Shown in pieces: positions 1 through 9,706 of a stretch of DNA of 64,000 bases. The notes under the pieces are model-generated. The model did not search any database and was not told where the DNA came from. It worked only from the letters and a program-made list of their open reading frames with translations. The position numbers and the translations under genes were made by a program. The DNA is from Candidatus Dojkabacteria bacterium. GTDB lineage: Bacteria > Patescibacteriota > Dojkabacteria > B142 > JAFGFJ01. The stretch covers positions 141,115 to 205,114 of the forward strand of contig JAFGFJ010000006.1 of assembly GCA_016931155.1 (NCBI GenBank). Direction: 5' to 3'. How positions within the stretch are numbered: the stretch's first letter is position 1; the number at the start of each line of letters is the position of its first letter.

Positions 1-398
1 GTTAACCTAAGAGCACCTTTGTATAAATGCTCAGCATCAACTTTAATATCAAATCTATTACCAAATCCCTGAATTGTTGAACTGATTTTGCTTGGTGTCT
101 TCCATTCTATTGGCTCACTCTCCAAGCCAAAGATAATTCTAACCTTACCATATAAGCCATCTACTTTTATTGGATAACCATGTATCAATGGTTCATCTTT
201 TATTATGGTTTCAGGTAATACTTTAATTTTGAGAGCATCTAAGGCATTTGGGCTATCATTTAGGCTCTCCATAAAAACATCATAGGTATTTTGAGTCCAT
301 ATTCTCCTTCTAAGCAACTCATTTGCAGCTACTAATCCTTCATTCTTATAGATCTCATGAGGAGTTGCATATCTATTTGAGTCAAAAGGCCAATTCAT
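1..398 (-). CDS. Hypothetical protein, N-terminal part (runs off the left window edge)
   Basis: Not in the ORF track. Manual translation from ATG at 398 gives an open frame MNWPFDSNRYATPHEIYKNEG...HLYKGALRL to position 1 with no stop. Confidence 0.6.
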   Translation of the reverse strand, partial: MNWPFDSNRYATPHEIYKNEGLVAANELLRRRIWTQNTYDVFMESLNDSPNALDALKIKVLPETIIKDEPLIHGYPIKVDGLYGKVRIIFGLESEPIEWKTPSKISSTIQGFGNRFDIKVDAEHLYKGALRL

Positions 399-605
399 TA
401 TTCAAAATCGTAATTTACCGGGACATTATCCCAAAATTTTAAAGGGATAGAAATAGTTCTAACTTCGTCCCATAATGGGAGCATTGAAATCCAATGAAAT
501 AACCTTCTGTTTTCATCTTAATAATAACTATACAGTTGTATATAATCGTGCTATAAGATATGCTACAATTAATTATTCATTTGGTTGATTATCAAGAAAA
601 CAATT

Positions 606-1508
606 ATGACTGATGCCTCCCCTGAAATATCAGGAAAGAGAAAAAAGAGTGGTTATGAACCGGGTTTATCTTTAGGTACTTGTTTGAGAAAGAGTATTTC
701 AAAGATAATAGTTTCAAAAAATAGAAATGAAAAACAATTACTTGCAAACCAATTAGTCCCATATGGAACAAGGATTTTTCCCCTTAGTATTCATATGTGG
801 GATTTAGGTTTAGATGATGCGAAGCTTGAGACACTAAAAATTCTTGCAGATAATTATGAACCTTATAATTATGGGATTGAAGAGCAGGAAGGTGGACATA
901 TAAACTATTCCCTTAATGTAATAGTAGGTATTGCTCTTGTAAATATTGGAGCAAGAACTGAAGATCTTCAATTAAAAGAACAAATTGTAGAAAAAATTCT
1001 TGATTTCTCTCAAAATGATCCTGGTTTTAGTACAGCTGGTCTAAAAATTATGTTACTTGGTTTGTCAACAATTGCAGATTCGGTTCACAAAGAGAAGAGA
1101 GAAGCTTTTGCTTATGGTATTTTAGATAAACTAATTGAAGCAACTGGAAATGAAGACAATATTTGTACAAAAGATCAGCGAGATGCAGCACATTTTTTTG
1201 TGAGGAATTGCTATACAACCAGGATAAGAGAATTATTTATTCAGCAAATTGCTACAAGGGTTCCAACATTTACTGGCGAGGATAATTATATTAGGTTGCT
1301 GGAAATTGCAGTCAATGATCAAAAAGAAGAGAATACTAATCTGCGTCTGACACATATGGCAATTAATTCATTTATCCAGCTTATAGATAATATACCGGGG
1401 AGTACCCGCAATATAGTTGAATGCCTTACTTATCTGTGTGAATTTCATCCAAATGATAAAGTAAGAAAACATGCACAGAAGGCACTAAGGTTAATATCTG
1501 AGCAATAA
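606..1508 (+). CDS. Hypothetical alpha-helical protein, possibly HEAT/ARM-like at the C-terminus
   Basis: Long ORF (track start TTG 585; ATG 606 preferred). C-terminal HPNDKVRKHAQKALRLI resembles a HEAT repeat end. Confidence 0.55.
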   Translation: MTDASPEISGKRKKSGYEPGLSLGTCLRKSISKIIVSKNRNEKQLLANQLVPYGTRIFPLSIHMWDLGLDDAKLETLKILADNYEPYNYGIEEQEGGHINYSLNVIVGIALVNIGARTEDLQLKEQIVEKILDFSQNDPGFSTAGLKIMLLGLSTIADSVHKEKREAFAYGILDKLIEATGNEDNICTKDQRDAAHFFVRNCYTTRIRELFIQQIATRVPTFTGEDNYIRLLEIAVNDQKEENTNLRLTHMAINSFIQLIDNIPGSTRNIVECLTYLCEFHPNDKVRKHAQKALRLISEQ

Positions 1509-2045
1509 TAGATTGAGGTATAAGAAAAAATGCGTTGGAGTCGGACTTAGATAGAAAAGCTATTAAGTTGGGAGAAACATTTTATGAAATTTCAACATAT
1601 AGACATTTTCGAAAAAGCTAATAGAGGCTTGCCAAAGAGGGGAAGTGCCTTTGTTAGTATCCGGGATATTCATTCATTGAGAAAGGTTCTCTCTTTTATT
1701 TGCTTTCTTGAGGGAACTTTATCCCTGTCTTCCCGATGACTTTAACAAAATCCTTAAATTCCAAAATCCCAAAATTCTGGAATCAGAATACTCCCGAATC
1801 ACAATTCTTTCGAATCATAGTGCTTTTGAAGAAGAATATTCTAGAATCTCATTTACCAAACCATCAAAATCAAGTATCATCGGGTACTGTTAAATTAGTA
1901 CAATATAATAAAAAAGTTTCCCGTCAGTAAAAAAATTGCAGATAGATTTCGTTCCCACAAGCCGGAAATTACGATCTTTCTTGTCTTTCTGGCAATCTCA
2001 CTAGTAATTATAAGTCTTCATCTAATTCTTCATCCTGTAAGAGTT

Positions 2046-2588
2046 TTGGGTATGAGTACGAGTATCTTCTACATGGACGAAAAATATACTTTAGCGTCTT
2101 ACTTTACCAGTATTACGGCTTTTATTACGGGGTACACTGCTTTATCGGCTATGATTCTGCAAAAGCAGAAAAAGATTAAAATACAAAACATTGTATTTGG
2201 ATTGTTCTTTCTAATTCTTTCTCTAGACGAATATTTTGAAATTCATGAGTATGCAAATAGTTTAGCTAAATCCGCCTTGAAGGGCACAGGTATGTTTTCC
2301 TCGCTTGCCAATTTGTCGTGGTTGTTTCCTCTTTCAATAATAATACTTGCGGTTTTTGCATTTCTTATAACAAAAATAGTGAAAGCCGGAGGATTGGCAA
2401 GAAAAGCAATGATTGCGGGAAGTGTTTGTTTCTTTGTTGTTCTGGTATTTGAATTGTTTGGATCGTTAACATATGGACAAAATATTTATCTTTATTTTGT
2501 TGCAGTTGAGGAAGGACTGGAGATGATTGGAGTCTCCTTCTTTCTACTTGGAATCCTCGTAGATGTAAAAGATAATAAACAGCAGTAA
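2046..2588 (+). CDS. Multi-pass membrane protein, unknown function
   Basis: About 5 hydrophobic segments with polar motifs SLDEYFEIHE and EEGLEM. The frame stays open upstream to about 1905, so the true start is uncertain. Confidence 0.7.
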   Translation: MGMSTSIFYMDEKYTLASYFTSITAFITGYTALSAMILQKQKKIKIQNIVFGLFFLILSLDEYFEIHEYANSLAKSALKGTGMFSSLANLSWLFPLSIIILAVFAFLITKIVKAGGLARKAMIAGSVCFFVVLVFELFGSLTYGQNIYLYFVAVEEGLEMIGVSFFLLGILVDVKDNKQQ

Positions 2589-2622
2589 ACTTCAGTGCAG
2601 TTGCAAATTTTTCCGGTTTGTT

Positions 2623-3288
2623 TTATTGGAACTTAGTCGAGGTAATTTCTTTGATCGCAGAAAAAGCTCTTTCTATATCTTTATCTGAAAAAATAATTGT
2701 GATCTCATTTGACGTAGAAACAATATCAACAACATTTATATTTTCCCAGGCAAGAGCTCTAAGGATTACATAATAGATACCTGTAACCTTAACATTTCTG
2801 GGAGGCAGTTTGAGTGTAATTGATGAAAGTGAGTGGAAATTATTAAGAAGCCTTTCATCAATAAATACTTTTTCTATTTTTTCCCTCAATTCAATACTGG
2901 CAATTATTGTTGTTTCAAAAACACCTTGAGAAATTGTTAGAAATCTATTGTGTGTTGAATTCACAATTTCAAGTAGTTTAGAGAGTTTTGAGAAAAGGTT
3001 GTTTGAGTTTGAAAACGTATACTCTAGGAGTTTGGATCTTACTGAAATGTCAGATATCTGTTTCAATGTTTCAATTATTTTATTCTTGTCAGCACCTTTC
3101 TCCAGATGCAATCTTTTCAAGGCCATAACAATTGCCCCCTCCTTTACGTTTTTCATGGTAATTTTTTCAACTCTTACCTTTATTATTCTTGCAAGGGAAG
3201 ACAGATTCAAAATTCCATCAGCCAAATTCCCCTCAAGGAAAGGCGACCCTTTAATAATTTTTTCAACAGCTTTTGAGACCGAAATCAT
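2623..3288 (-). CDS. HTH plus ACT-domain protein (aspartokinase regulatory-domain-like), putative amino-acid-responsive regulator
   Basis: N-terminal LNLSSLARII helix-turn-helix-like segment; C-terminal ACT signature GIYYVILRALAWENINVVDIVSTSNEITIIF; no kinase domain. Confidence 0.75.
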   Translation of the reverse strand: MISVSKAVEKIIKGSPFLEGNLADGILNLSSLARIIKVRVEKITMKNVKEGAIVMALKRLHLEKGADKNKIIETLKQISDISVRSKLLEYTFSNSNNLFSKLSKLLEIVNSTHNRFLTISQGVFETTIIASIELREKIEKVFIDERLLNNFHSLSSITLKLPPRNVKVTGIYYVILRALAWENINVVDIVSTSNEITIIFSDKDIERAFSAIKEITSTKFQ

Positions 3289-3294
3289 GTTAGG

Positions 3295-3323
3295 AATTTA
3301 ACAAAAAGTACAGTTTTTGTCAA
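3295..3323 (-). promoter_or_regulatory. sigma70 promoter TTGACA-N17-TAAATT with an internal palindromic operator; probably leaderless
   Basis: Minus strand -35 at 3323-3318 and -10 at 3300-3295, only 6 nt before ATG 3288. Inverted repeat ACAAAAA-N6-TTTTTGT at 3301-3320. Confidence 0.65.
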
Positions 3324-3454
3324 ATTACGTTAAAATTTTGACTTAATCCAGGCAACAAAATAGAATTCTCCTTTACTATTTGCAGATATACAAGATTCAA
3401 CCAGCTGCATAAATAGAAATAAAAACAGAAATATTAACAGAAGCACAAAATTCT

Positions 3455-5125
3455 ATGATGACGATGAAAGTTGAAATGGCAAATCAAGTGGAATTGGAGA
3501 CTGGGTTGCACACAGAGTGTGCAGAGAGTAATAGAAGCTTTAATCAACGCATGGAAAGTGTTGCTCAGTATTTATTACCGCTGATCAGACTCAGTCATGG
3601 TGGGGATCTTTCTGCGTTTTACGACTCGTTTCAAGATTACCTAAATGCATATGAAACGATAAGCCATGAAAATATAGATTATTCACAAGTAATTATACAA
3701 ATTAATGAGAGAGAGCAGTTGCAGTCTCCATTTTCGGTTATCAATCCTCTTCCTGAAAATATCAGCCGACTCGCATGTTTGCTGTCCCCTGGATCGATGA
3801 TTGAGTTGAATGCACCGGGACAGATAGAACCAAACGGGAACAGACAAACACTGGTAGATAATATTGAGCAAATACTGAAAGAGGCTCCAGGAGTGCTAGT
3901 GGGATTACATGCAGGAGCAACAAGGCATCTCACAGGTGAGATAAAAGATATACTTACAAATTTCAATGAAGAGCAACAAAAACGGATAATAATAAAGATG
4001 TATGGGCGGATGGGGAAATATGATCCGGCAGAACTTATTGAAACAATTGATTCGTTTGATGTGGTGAACAGTGATAATCTTCGTGTTGGTCTGGAGCATA
4101 TTTTTAGTTGTGTTTATCAGGGATTTGATCAAGGAGGTTCGGAGTCTGAAGCATCAGAAATAATGCAGGCATATTTTGAAATACTCGATATTTTGAAGAA
4201 TAAAGGGATAACCAGGATCAGTATGCCTGAGACTCGTGGTATTGCAGAAGATCCGGCAAAGGTTTTTGCTGTCACATCTTTTCTACTGGAAAGTGCTGCA
4301 CAAGTTTTGGGTGATTCTTTTTATGTTGAGTTCCATTTTCATAATGACAGTCTTTCTGCGCTATCAAATATGGAATCAGCAATAAAAGCAGTAAACTATT
4401 TAAATCGAATACAAGGATCCAACATTATCGCAATTGCTGATCTGGGCATAGGCGGAGAAAGAAACGGAATTACACCTCTTGAGGCAGCATTAAGACTGTT
4501 TGGAATTAATGAGGAAAGGATTGATGCTTTGGTTGATGCAGATAAGAGATTACTTGGGATAGATTTTGATGTAAATATAAGTAATACAGATAATTTAAGC
4601 GATCCGGAATTACTTCTAACTCAAACGGCCGGGACACACGCTGATTATATTTATAATACAATGAAAAATCTTCTTGTTCATATTGTTCCCGATGTCTGGA
4701 TGGAGGATATCGCAGATGTTGCCGATTTACAGCGGGTATTTGAAGGAAACCGTGAGCAATTTTTAGAATTTGGCATTTTTAATTTTACTGAGTATGTGAC
4801 TGTTGCCAGTTATGATTCTTACGCCGCCTCGAGAAAAAGGATTACTCATGAATCACCGGATGTAAAAATAGAACCATCTTATTTTATTGACAAACAAACG
4901 ATAGGAAAAAGAAGTGTAATGTTACATCTGGTTATGAATGGTTTTAGTCTCATTGATACGAGCCCTGAAAATATTTCAGCGATGACATCTCATATATCTC
5001 ATGAGTGTAAAATTGATCTGACTGGAAAATTCAATGGAATTTGTGAATTGGCACAGACTGCTGTTGTGAGGATAAAAGAGAAGTATAGCAATTTCAAATA
5101 CCATAAAAATCCATATGAAATTTAG
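3455..5125 (+). CDS. Divergent DRE-TIM metallolyase, homocitrate synthase (Lys20-type)-like
   Basis: Motifs EREQLQSP (cf. LREGEQ), IELNAP (cf. IELTSP), VEFHFHND, LGIGGERNGITPL (cf. LGIGERNGITPL) and AGTHA (cf. AGIHA). Confidence 0.7.
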   Translation: MMTMKVEMANQVELETGLHTECAESNRSFNQRMESVAQYLLPLIRLSHGGDLSAFYDSFQDYLNAYETISHENIDYSQVIIQINEREQLQSPFSVINPLPENISRLACLLSPGSMIELNAPGQIEPNGNRQTLVDNIEQILKEAPGVLVGLHAGATRHLTGEIKDILTNFNEEQQKRIIIKMYGRMGKYDPAELIETIDSFDVVNSDNLRVGLEHIFSCVYQGFDQGGSESEASEIMQAYFEILDILKNKGITRISMPETRGIAEDPAKVFAVTSFLLESAAQVLGDSFYVEFHFHNDSLSALSNMESAIKAVNYLNRIQGSNIIAIADLGIGGERNGITPLEAALRLFGINEERIDALVDADKRLLGIDFDVNISNTDNLSDPELLLTQTAGTHADYIYNTMKNLLVHIVPDVWMEDIADVADLQRVFEGNREQFLEFGIFNFTEYVTVASYDSYAASRKRITHESPDVKIEPSYFIDKQTIGKRSVMLHLVMNGFSLIDTSPENISAMTSHISHECKIDLTGKFNGICELAQTAVVRIKEKYSNFKYHKNPYEI

Positions 5126-5175
5126 CAAATGATGTAGCATAAACTGGTGCATTTTAGTGATAATCATATAATTGC

Positions 5176-5204
5176 TTGACATCCGGATAAATTTGTTATA
5201 TAGG
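5176..5204 (+). promoter_or_regulatory. Putative sigma70 promoter
   Basis: Perfect TTGACA at 5176-5181 followed by TGTTATATAGG, a -10-like element; spacing is imperfect. Confidence 0.35.
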
Positions 5205-5240
5205 TCTTATATGCCCCAGTTTACTTCTTAACGAAATAGT

Positions 5241-5816
5241 ATGAGTAAGTCTCCGGATTTTGGCCCGACTTCTGAAATGAATGGGCGTATATCAGACGCA
5301 GATTTTATAAAATATGCAGTGAGTGTAGTAAAGGAGTGGGAAAAAGATAAAGATAATCTTACTGTTTTTCGCTTTCCTCCCATGGGCAGGCACCACATTG
5401 CCATGGTTATTACACCTACTCATCTTAATTTACAAAAACATGCAACAGAAGTTTTCCACGGTGACTACGAAGAGTATCTTTCTGCAGGAAGTCCTTCCGA
5501 TCATTTATTTCATCGGATAGTAGTTGTTCCGGATTATATACAAGAAGGTTCAATGGCGGATGGATTGACCGCCCTGAAGAATATCTCGACAGGGGAGGGT
5601 CTTCAAAAAGGCAATATAGGAGGTACGGCTATTGTAGCAAATAACAGGTTAATGGAAATAATAGCGCATGGTCTTGGCAGTATTAATGAATTGTTTTGTA
5701 GAAAACAATCGCAACGAACATACTATATCGAACTTGGAATACTTTCAGATGAGAGAATTCTGAGCACTTCATTGGAAGCTTATAAAAAGATAATGTTGCC
5801 ATACTCACAGGAATAA
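5241..5816 (+). CDS. Hypothetical protein
   Basis: 191-aa ORF with ATG start; only a weak GlcG/heme-binding-like resemblance around GGTAIVA. Confidence 0.6.
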   Translation: MSKSPDFGPTSEMNGRISDADFIKYAVSVVKEWEKDKDNLTVFRFPPMGRHHIAMVITPTHLNLQKHATEVFHGDYEEYLSAGSPSDHLFHRIVVVPDYIQEGSMADGLTALKNISTGEGLQKGNIGGTAIVANNRLMEIIAHGLGSINELFCRKQSQRTYYIELGILSDERILSTSLEAYKKIMLPYSQE

Positions 5817-5910
5817 CCGGTAAAGATACAAGCATCAAAATTGGTCACAGTAGTTTGTTGTTTCAGGAAAAATGATTTAATTGTGACTTTTAGTTTTTAG
5901 CGAACGTATA

Positions 5911-7101
5911 ATGACTCAAGACAGGGTGGGGGGAGAAGTGTATGAGCAGCCAGGTCGTCGACAGACCGAAAACTTTGATCAGCTTGCTCAATTATTTGGA
6001 GTAAATGCGTCTGAATTGGGAAAGAAAACATTAAGAGTTATTGCGCCAAGGCTGGATGTAAAATCCTTACCAATATTGCCTACTCCAATTACTGGAATTT
6101 CTCTTGATGGAATGACTCTAGAGGAAAGAGCACTTGCTGATGAAATGTTCGCTAAATTTGAGAAAGGTCCATTTGATATACTTATGGATCCGACGGAATA
6201 CATACTTTCGACAGCAGCAAATCACGATAATGTAGTGGAAGAGCAGCGAGCCCGCGAGTTGATATTAAAACACAAAGTGGAAAGTCCAGGAGAGGGAGGC
6301 ATAGTGATTAGTTTTGCAGGTGGTTCATCTACATTTGATGCAGGACGTTCCTGGTTTTTTCCGCATGATTGTTATGTTTCACTGGATCGTAGTATGGCTT
6401 CATTGCAGGCTGGAAAAGAGAATGTTTTCCCTTTATTTTGGGGTGAAAGCGAAAGGCATGCAATTCAGTTTTCACTTGAGCAGCTTGTTGAATCTGGTAT
6501 AAAAGGACTGCCCGATGTGAGGGGGATTCCTGATGAGGACAGAACACAGAGAGAAAAGCTAGTGGAGAGGATAAGGGGTGAAGGAGTGCATCGTATATAC
6601 TTTGACCGTGCAGATATGTTTGTTCCTAACAGTATATATGACGGTCTAATCAGGGAGGCAGCTTCAATGCTTCGACCGGATGGGGCAATATTTATGATTA
6701 CACAAGCTTCAAATGATATTGAGCAATTCGGTTTTAAATTCAGGTCGCATGAGGGGATAGATAGAGAATATGCAATAGCAGTTGGGTTACCATTACCAGT
6801 CTTCAAAAATTTTGGTACAAAACAATTACTTGACCAAATAGTCTATCTGGATGGTAATCATACAGTGGATCACTATGAAATAGTCCCTGTAATTTCATAT
6901 CTCAGGTCTAGCGAAACAATTCGCAGGACAGCTCAAAAATATGGTCTTGAGGCAGAGATACATCCTGTTAGAGTCAACAAACAGTATATTTCTTCAGTAA
7001 CAAAGGATCGTAGCTTGTACGCAATGGGTCTCAAAGCAATGTCTATTTTATCAGGTAACCTGCCCTACTGGATTGTCGTAATGAAACCACAAAATCGATA
7101 A
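5911..7101 (+). CDS. Putative class I SAM-dependent methyltransferase-fold protein (divergent)
   Basis: ISFAGGSST (motif I-like), VSLDRSMASL (post-I acidic residue), EAASMLRPDGAIFM (LxPGG-like motif). Confidence 0.6.
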   Translation: MTQDRVGGEVYEQPGRRQTENFDQLAQLFGVNASELGKKTLRVIAPRLDVKSLPILPTPITGISLDGMTLEERALADEMFAKFEKGPFDILMDPTEYILSTAANHDNVVEEQRARELILKHKVESPGEGGIVISFAGGSSTFDAGRSWFFPHDCYVSLDRSMASLQAGKENVFPLFWGESERHAIQFSLEQLVESGIKGLPDVRGIPDEDRTQREKLVERIRGEGVHRIYFDRADMFVPNSIYDGLIREAASMLRPDGAIFMITQASNDIEQFGFKFRSHEGIDREYAIAVGLPLPVFKNFGTKQLLDQIVYLDGNHTVDHYEIVPVISYLRSSETIRRTAQKYGLEAEIHPVRVNKQYISSVTKDRSLYAMGLKAMSILSGNLPYWIVVMKPQNR

Positions 7102-7166
7102 ATCTGGTGTTATTGCTTCGATTCTATTAATCAATCAGAGACAAGTTTTGTCTTCATTAGTATAAA

Positions 7167-7220
7167 CCGATCTTCAACCTAAGGGCGAAGCCCGTATATC
7201 TCAGTTGAAGAAATCATCGG
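7167..7220 (+). promoter_or_regulatory. Nested stem-loop in the xfp 5' region (candidate cis-regulatory RNA)
   Basis: CCGAT/ATCGG and CTTCAAC/GTTGAAG enclose a GGGC-GAA-GCCC hairpin; ends 18 nt before the ATG. Confidence 0.45.
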
Positions 7221-7238
7221 AATAATACACAATGTTTT

Positions 7239-9698
7239 ATGTCCGACTATTCTTTTATCACAAAAGAGCTTATTGGTTCGCAGAAAAAATGTCTTCGTTT
7301 GGCTAACTACCTGTCAGCAACACAGCTTTATCTCAAAGAAAACTTCCTTCTTGAGGTCGAGCTTGAAAAAGCTCATATCAAAAAAAGAATTCTTGGTCAT
7401 TGGGGTACTGTCCCCGGCTTGAACTTTATCTACTCCAATCTAAATATTTTAATCAAGAGACATAATCAGGAAATGATGGTTGTAATAGGATCAGGGCATG
7501 GATCCCCCGCTATTCTTTCCAATATGTTTCTTGATGGTACGCTTGGAGAATTTTATCCTGAATACAAAGTCGGGAAGCAGGGAATAGGAAATTTAATTAG
7601 AAATTTCAGCTGGCCCGGAGGGTTTCCTTCTCATGCAAGTCCCAAAAGTCCTGGAATAATTTTGGAGGGTGGGGAACTTGGCTACTCTCTTGCAACAGCA
7701 TATGGAGCCGCTTTTGATAATAAGGAGCTTATTGTTGCCTGTATAATTGGGGACGGTGAGAGCGAGACAGGTACACTTTCTGCTTCATGGTACAGCAACA
7801 AATTTTTGAATCCTCAAAAAGACGGGGCAGTGCTTCCTGTTCTTCATATAAATAAACACAAAATTTCCGGCCCAACAATTTATGGGACGATGTCAGATAA
7901 AGAATTGATGAATTTATTCAAAGGTTACGGGTACGAACCGATTATCGTTCAGGAAGAAAACATTTATGAGGATTCACTGAAGGTCTTTGAATACGCATTC
8001 CAAAAAATTAAGCAAATCCAGAAAGAATTCCGGGGAGACAATCTTGATCAAGATGAAACTGCTGGGGGTGAGAGCTCAGAGAAAAACTTAAAAGAAAATA
8101 TTGAAGCTTTCAAACAAAAACCTGTGTGGCCTGTTATTCTTCTGAAAAGCAAAAAAGGATGGACAGGTCCGAAGGAATTGGACGGCACAATGGTAGAGGA
8201 TTCCTTTAGATCACACGGAATTCCTCTGGAAGATCCTGTAGAAGATGAAGAGCAGTTTAAACTTCTTGAAGAATGGCTTGGGAGTTATAAAGTTCACGAA
8301 TTGCTGACTGAAGATTTTAGACCAATTGAAGAAATAAAAGGGTTGCTCCCGGAAGGAGAGCTCAGGCCTGGCATGAATAAACATGCAAACAATCTTGTAT
8401 CCCAGCCGTTAAAGCTCCCGGAAATAGGAGATTATGAGCTGGAAATTTCCGGCAGTAAAAAAGCGAGCAGTATGACTGAACTTTCAAAATATCTCCGTGA
8501 TGTAATTAAAAATAACCCAAATATTTTTAGAATAATGTCTCCTGATGAGAGCGAATCGAACAAGCTTCAGTCGCTTTTTGACGTTACTGGCAGAACCTAT
8601 GTCTGGCCTGTCCCGGGTGCATCGGAGAATATTTCCCGGGATGGTAGAATGATGGAGCTTCTCAGCGAAAATGTTCTTCAAGCCTGGCTTCAGGGATATA
8701 TACTTACCGGGAGACATGGCGTCTATATCTCATACGAAGCCTTCATGATGATAATTGCGAGTATGGTAGATCAATACTCAAAGTTTTTGAAACAGGCAAA
8801 AAGTGTGGGATGGAGAAAACCCCTTCCTTCAATGAACTTTATTATTACGAGTACAGGCTGGAGACAAGATCACAACGGCTATTCCCATCAAAATCCCGGG
8901 TTTATCAGTAGTGTACTCAACGACTATTCAGAAAGTATTGATGTTCATTTTCCACCTGATGCCAATTCTCTACTTCTGACTTGTGAAGAAGCTCTAAAAA
9001 GTCGAGATAAGATAAACATAATAATTACTGGCAAAAGAGAACTACCCCAATACATAACAATGGAAAATTTTAAAGAACAAATGAGAAGTGGAATTTCTAT
9101 ATGGGAAGGCGTTGGAAATGTGAAGAGCGTGGGAACAGAAGAAATACTGGAAAATCAAAAAGAAGATGATATACCTGACATAGTTTTTGCGGCAACGGGA
9201 GACTACTCAACACTAGAGTCGATCTCGGCAATAAAAATCCTGAAAAGACTTGTTCCCGAAATGAGAACAAGATTTGTAAGCATAAGTGAGCTTTCGTGTT
9301 TTGGAATTGGTGACAGAAGAGGTTTGAATTTTAATGGTGATAATTTGAAAAGAATTTTAACTGATTCAAAACCCGTGATTTATTCTTATCACGGTTATCC
9401 TCAGGATATAAAAAGCCTGATTTTTGGTCACTCCTTTGCTGGCAGGATTTCGATTCACGGATATAGTGAGAAGGGAACCACAACAACTCCTTTTGATATG
9501 CAGGTACAGAATGATTGCGACAGGTTTCATTTGGCTCTTGAAGCTGTAATGAAGGTTTCAGAAACAAATGAGAAAGTAAGAGAAAAAAGAAAGCAAGTTG
9601 AATACTATATAAATTCTTTACTTGAGAAGCATGCGAAAGTAATAATTGAAACAGGAGAAGACATAGAAGAAATCAGAAATTTTGAAAAATATTTTTAA
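7239..9698 (+). CDS. xfp: Phosphoketolase (xylulose-5-P/fructose-6-P)
   Basis: LGHWGTVPG, EGGELGYSL, GDGESETG (TPP-binding), RQDHNGYSHQNP. Confidence 0.97.
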   Translation: MSDYSFITKELIGSQKKCLRLANYLSATQLYLKENFLLEVELEKAHIKKRILGHWGTVPGLNFIYSNLNILIKRHNQEMMVVIGSGHGSPAILSNMFLDGTLGEFYPEYKVGKQGIGNLIRNFSWPGGFPSHASPKSPGIILEGGELGYSLATAYGAAFDNKELIVACIIGDGESETGTLSASWYSNKFLNPQKDGAVLPVLHINKHKISGPTIYGTMSDKELMNLFKGYGYEPIIVQEENIYEDSLKVFEYAFQKIKQIQKEFRGDNLDQDETAGGESSEKNLKENIEAFKQKPVWPVILLKSKKGWTGPKELDGTMVEDSFRSHGIPLEDPVEDEEQFKLLEEWLGSYKVHELLTEDFRPIEEIKGLLPEGELRPGMNKHANNLVSQPLKLPEIGDYELEISGSKKASSMTELSKYLRDVIKNNPNIFRIMSPDESESNKLQSLFDVTGRTYVWPVPGASENISRDGRMMELLSENVLQAWLQGYILTGRHGVYISYEAFMMIIASMVDQYSKFLKQAKSVGWRKPLPSMNFIITSTGWRQDHNGYSHQNPGFISSVLNDYSESIDVHFPPDANSLLLTCEEALKSRDKINIIITGKRELPQYITMENFKEQMRSGISIWEGVGNVKSVGTEEILENQKEDDIPDIVFAATGDYSTLESISAIKILKRLVPEMRTRFVSISELSCFGIGDRRGLNFNGDNLKRILTDSKPVIYSYHGYPQDIKSLIFGHSFAGRISIHGYSEKGTTTTPFDMQVQNDCDRFHLALEAVMKVSETNEKVREKRKQVEYYINSLLEKHAKVIIETGEDIEEIRNFEKYF

Positions 9699-9706
9699 GA
9701 AAATTT

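Noticed and set aside
1708-1930. Two short overlapping ORFs (61 and 64 aa) with a small EYSRI duplication
   Set aside because: No recognisable motifs and mutually overlapping; more likely decayed or non-coding sequence.
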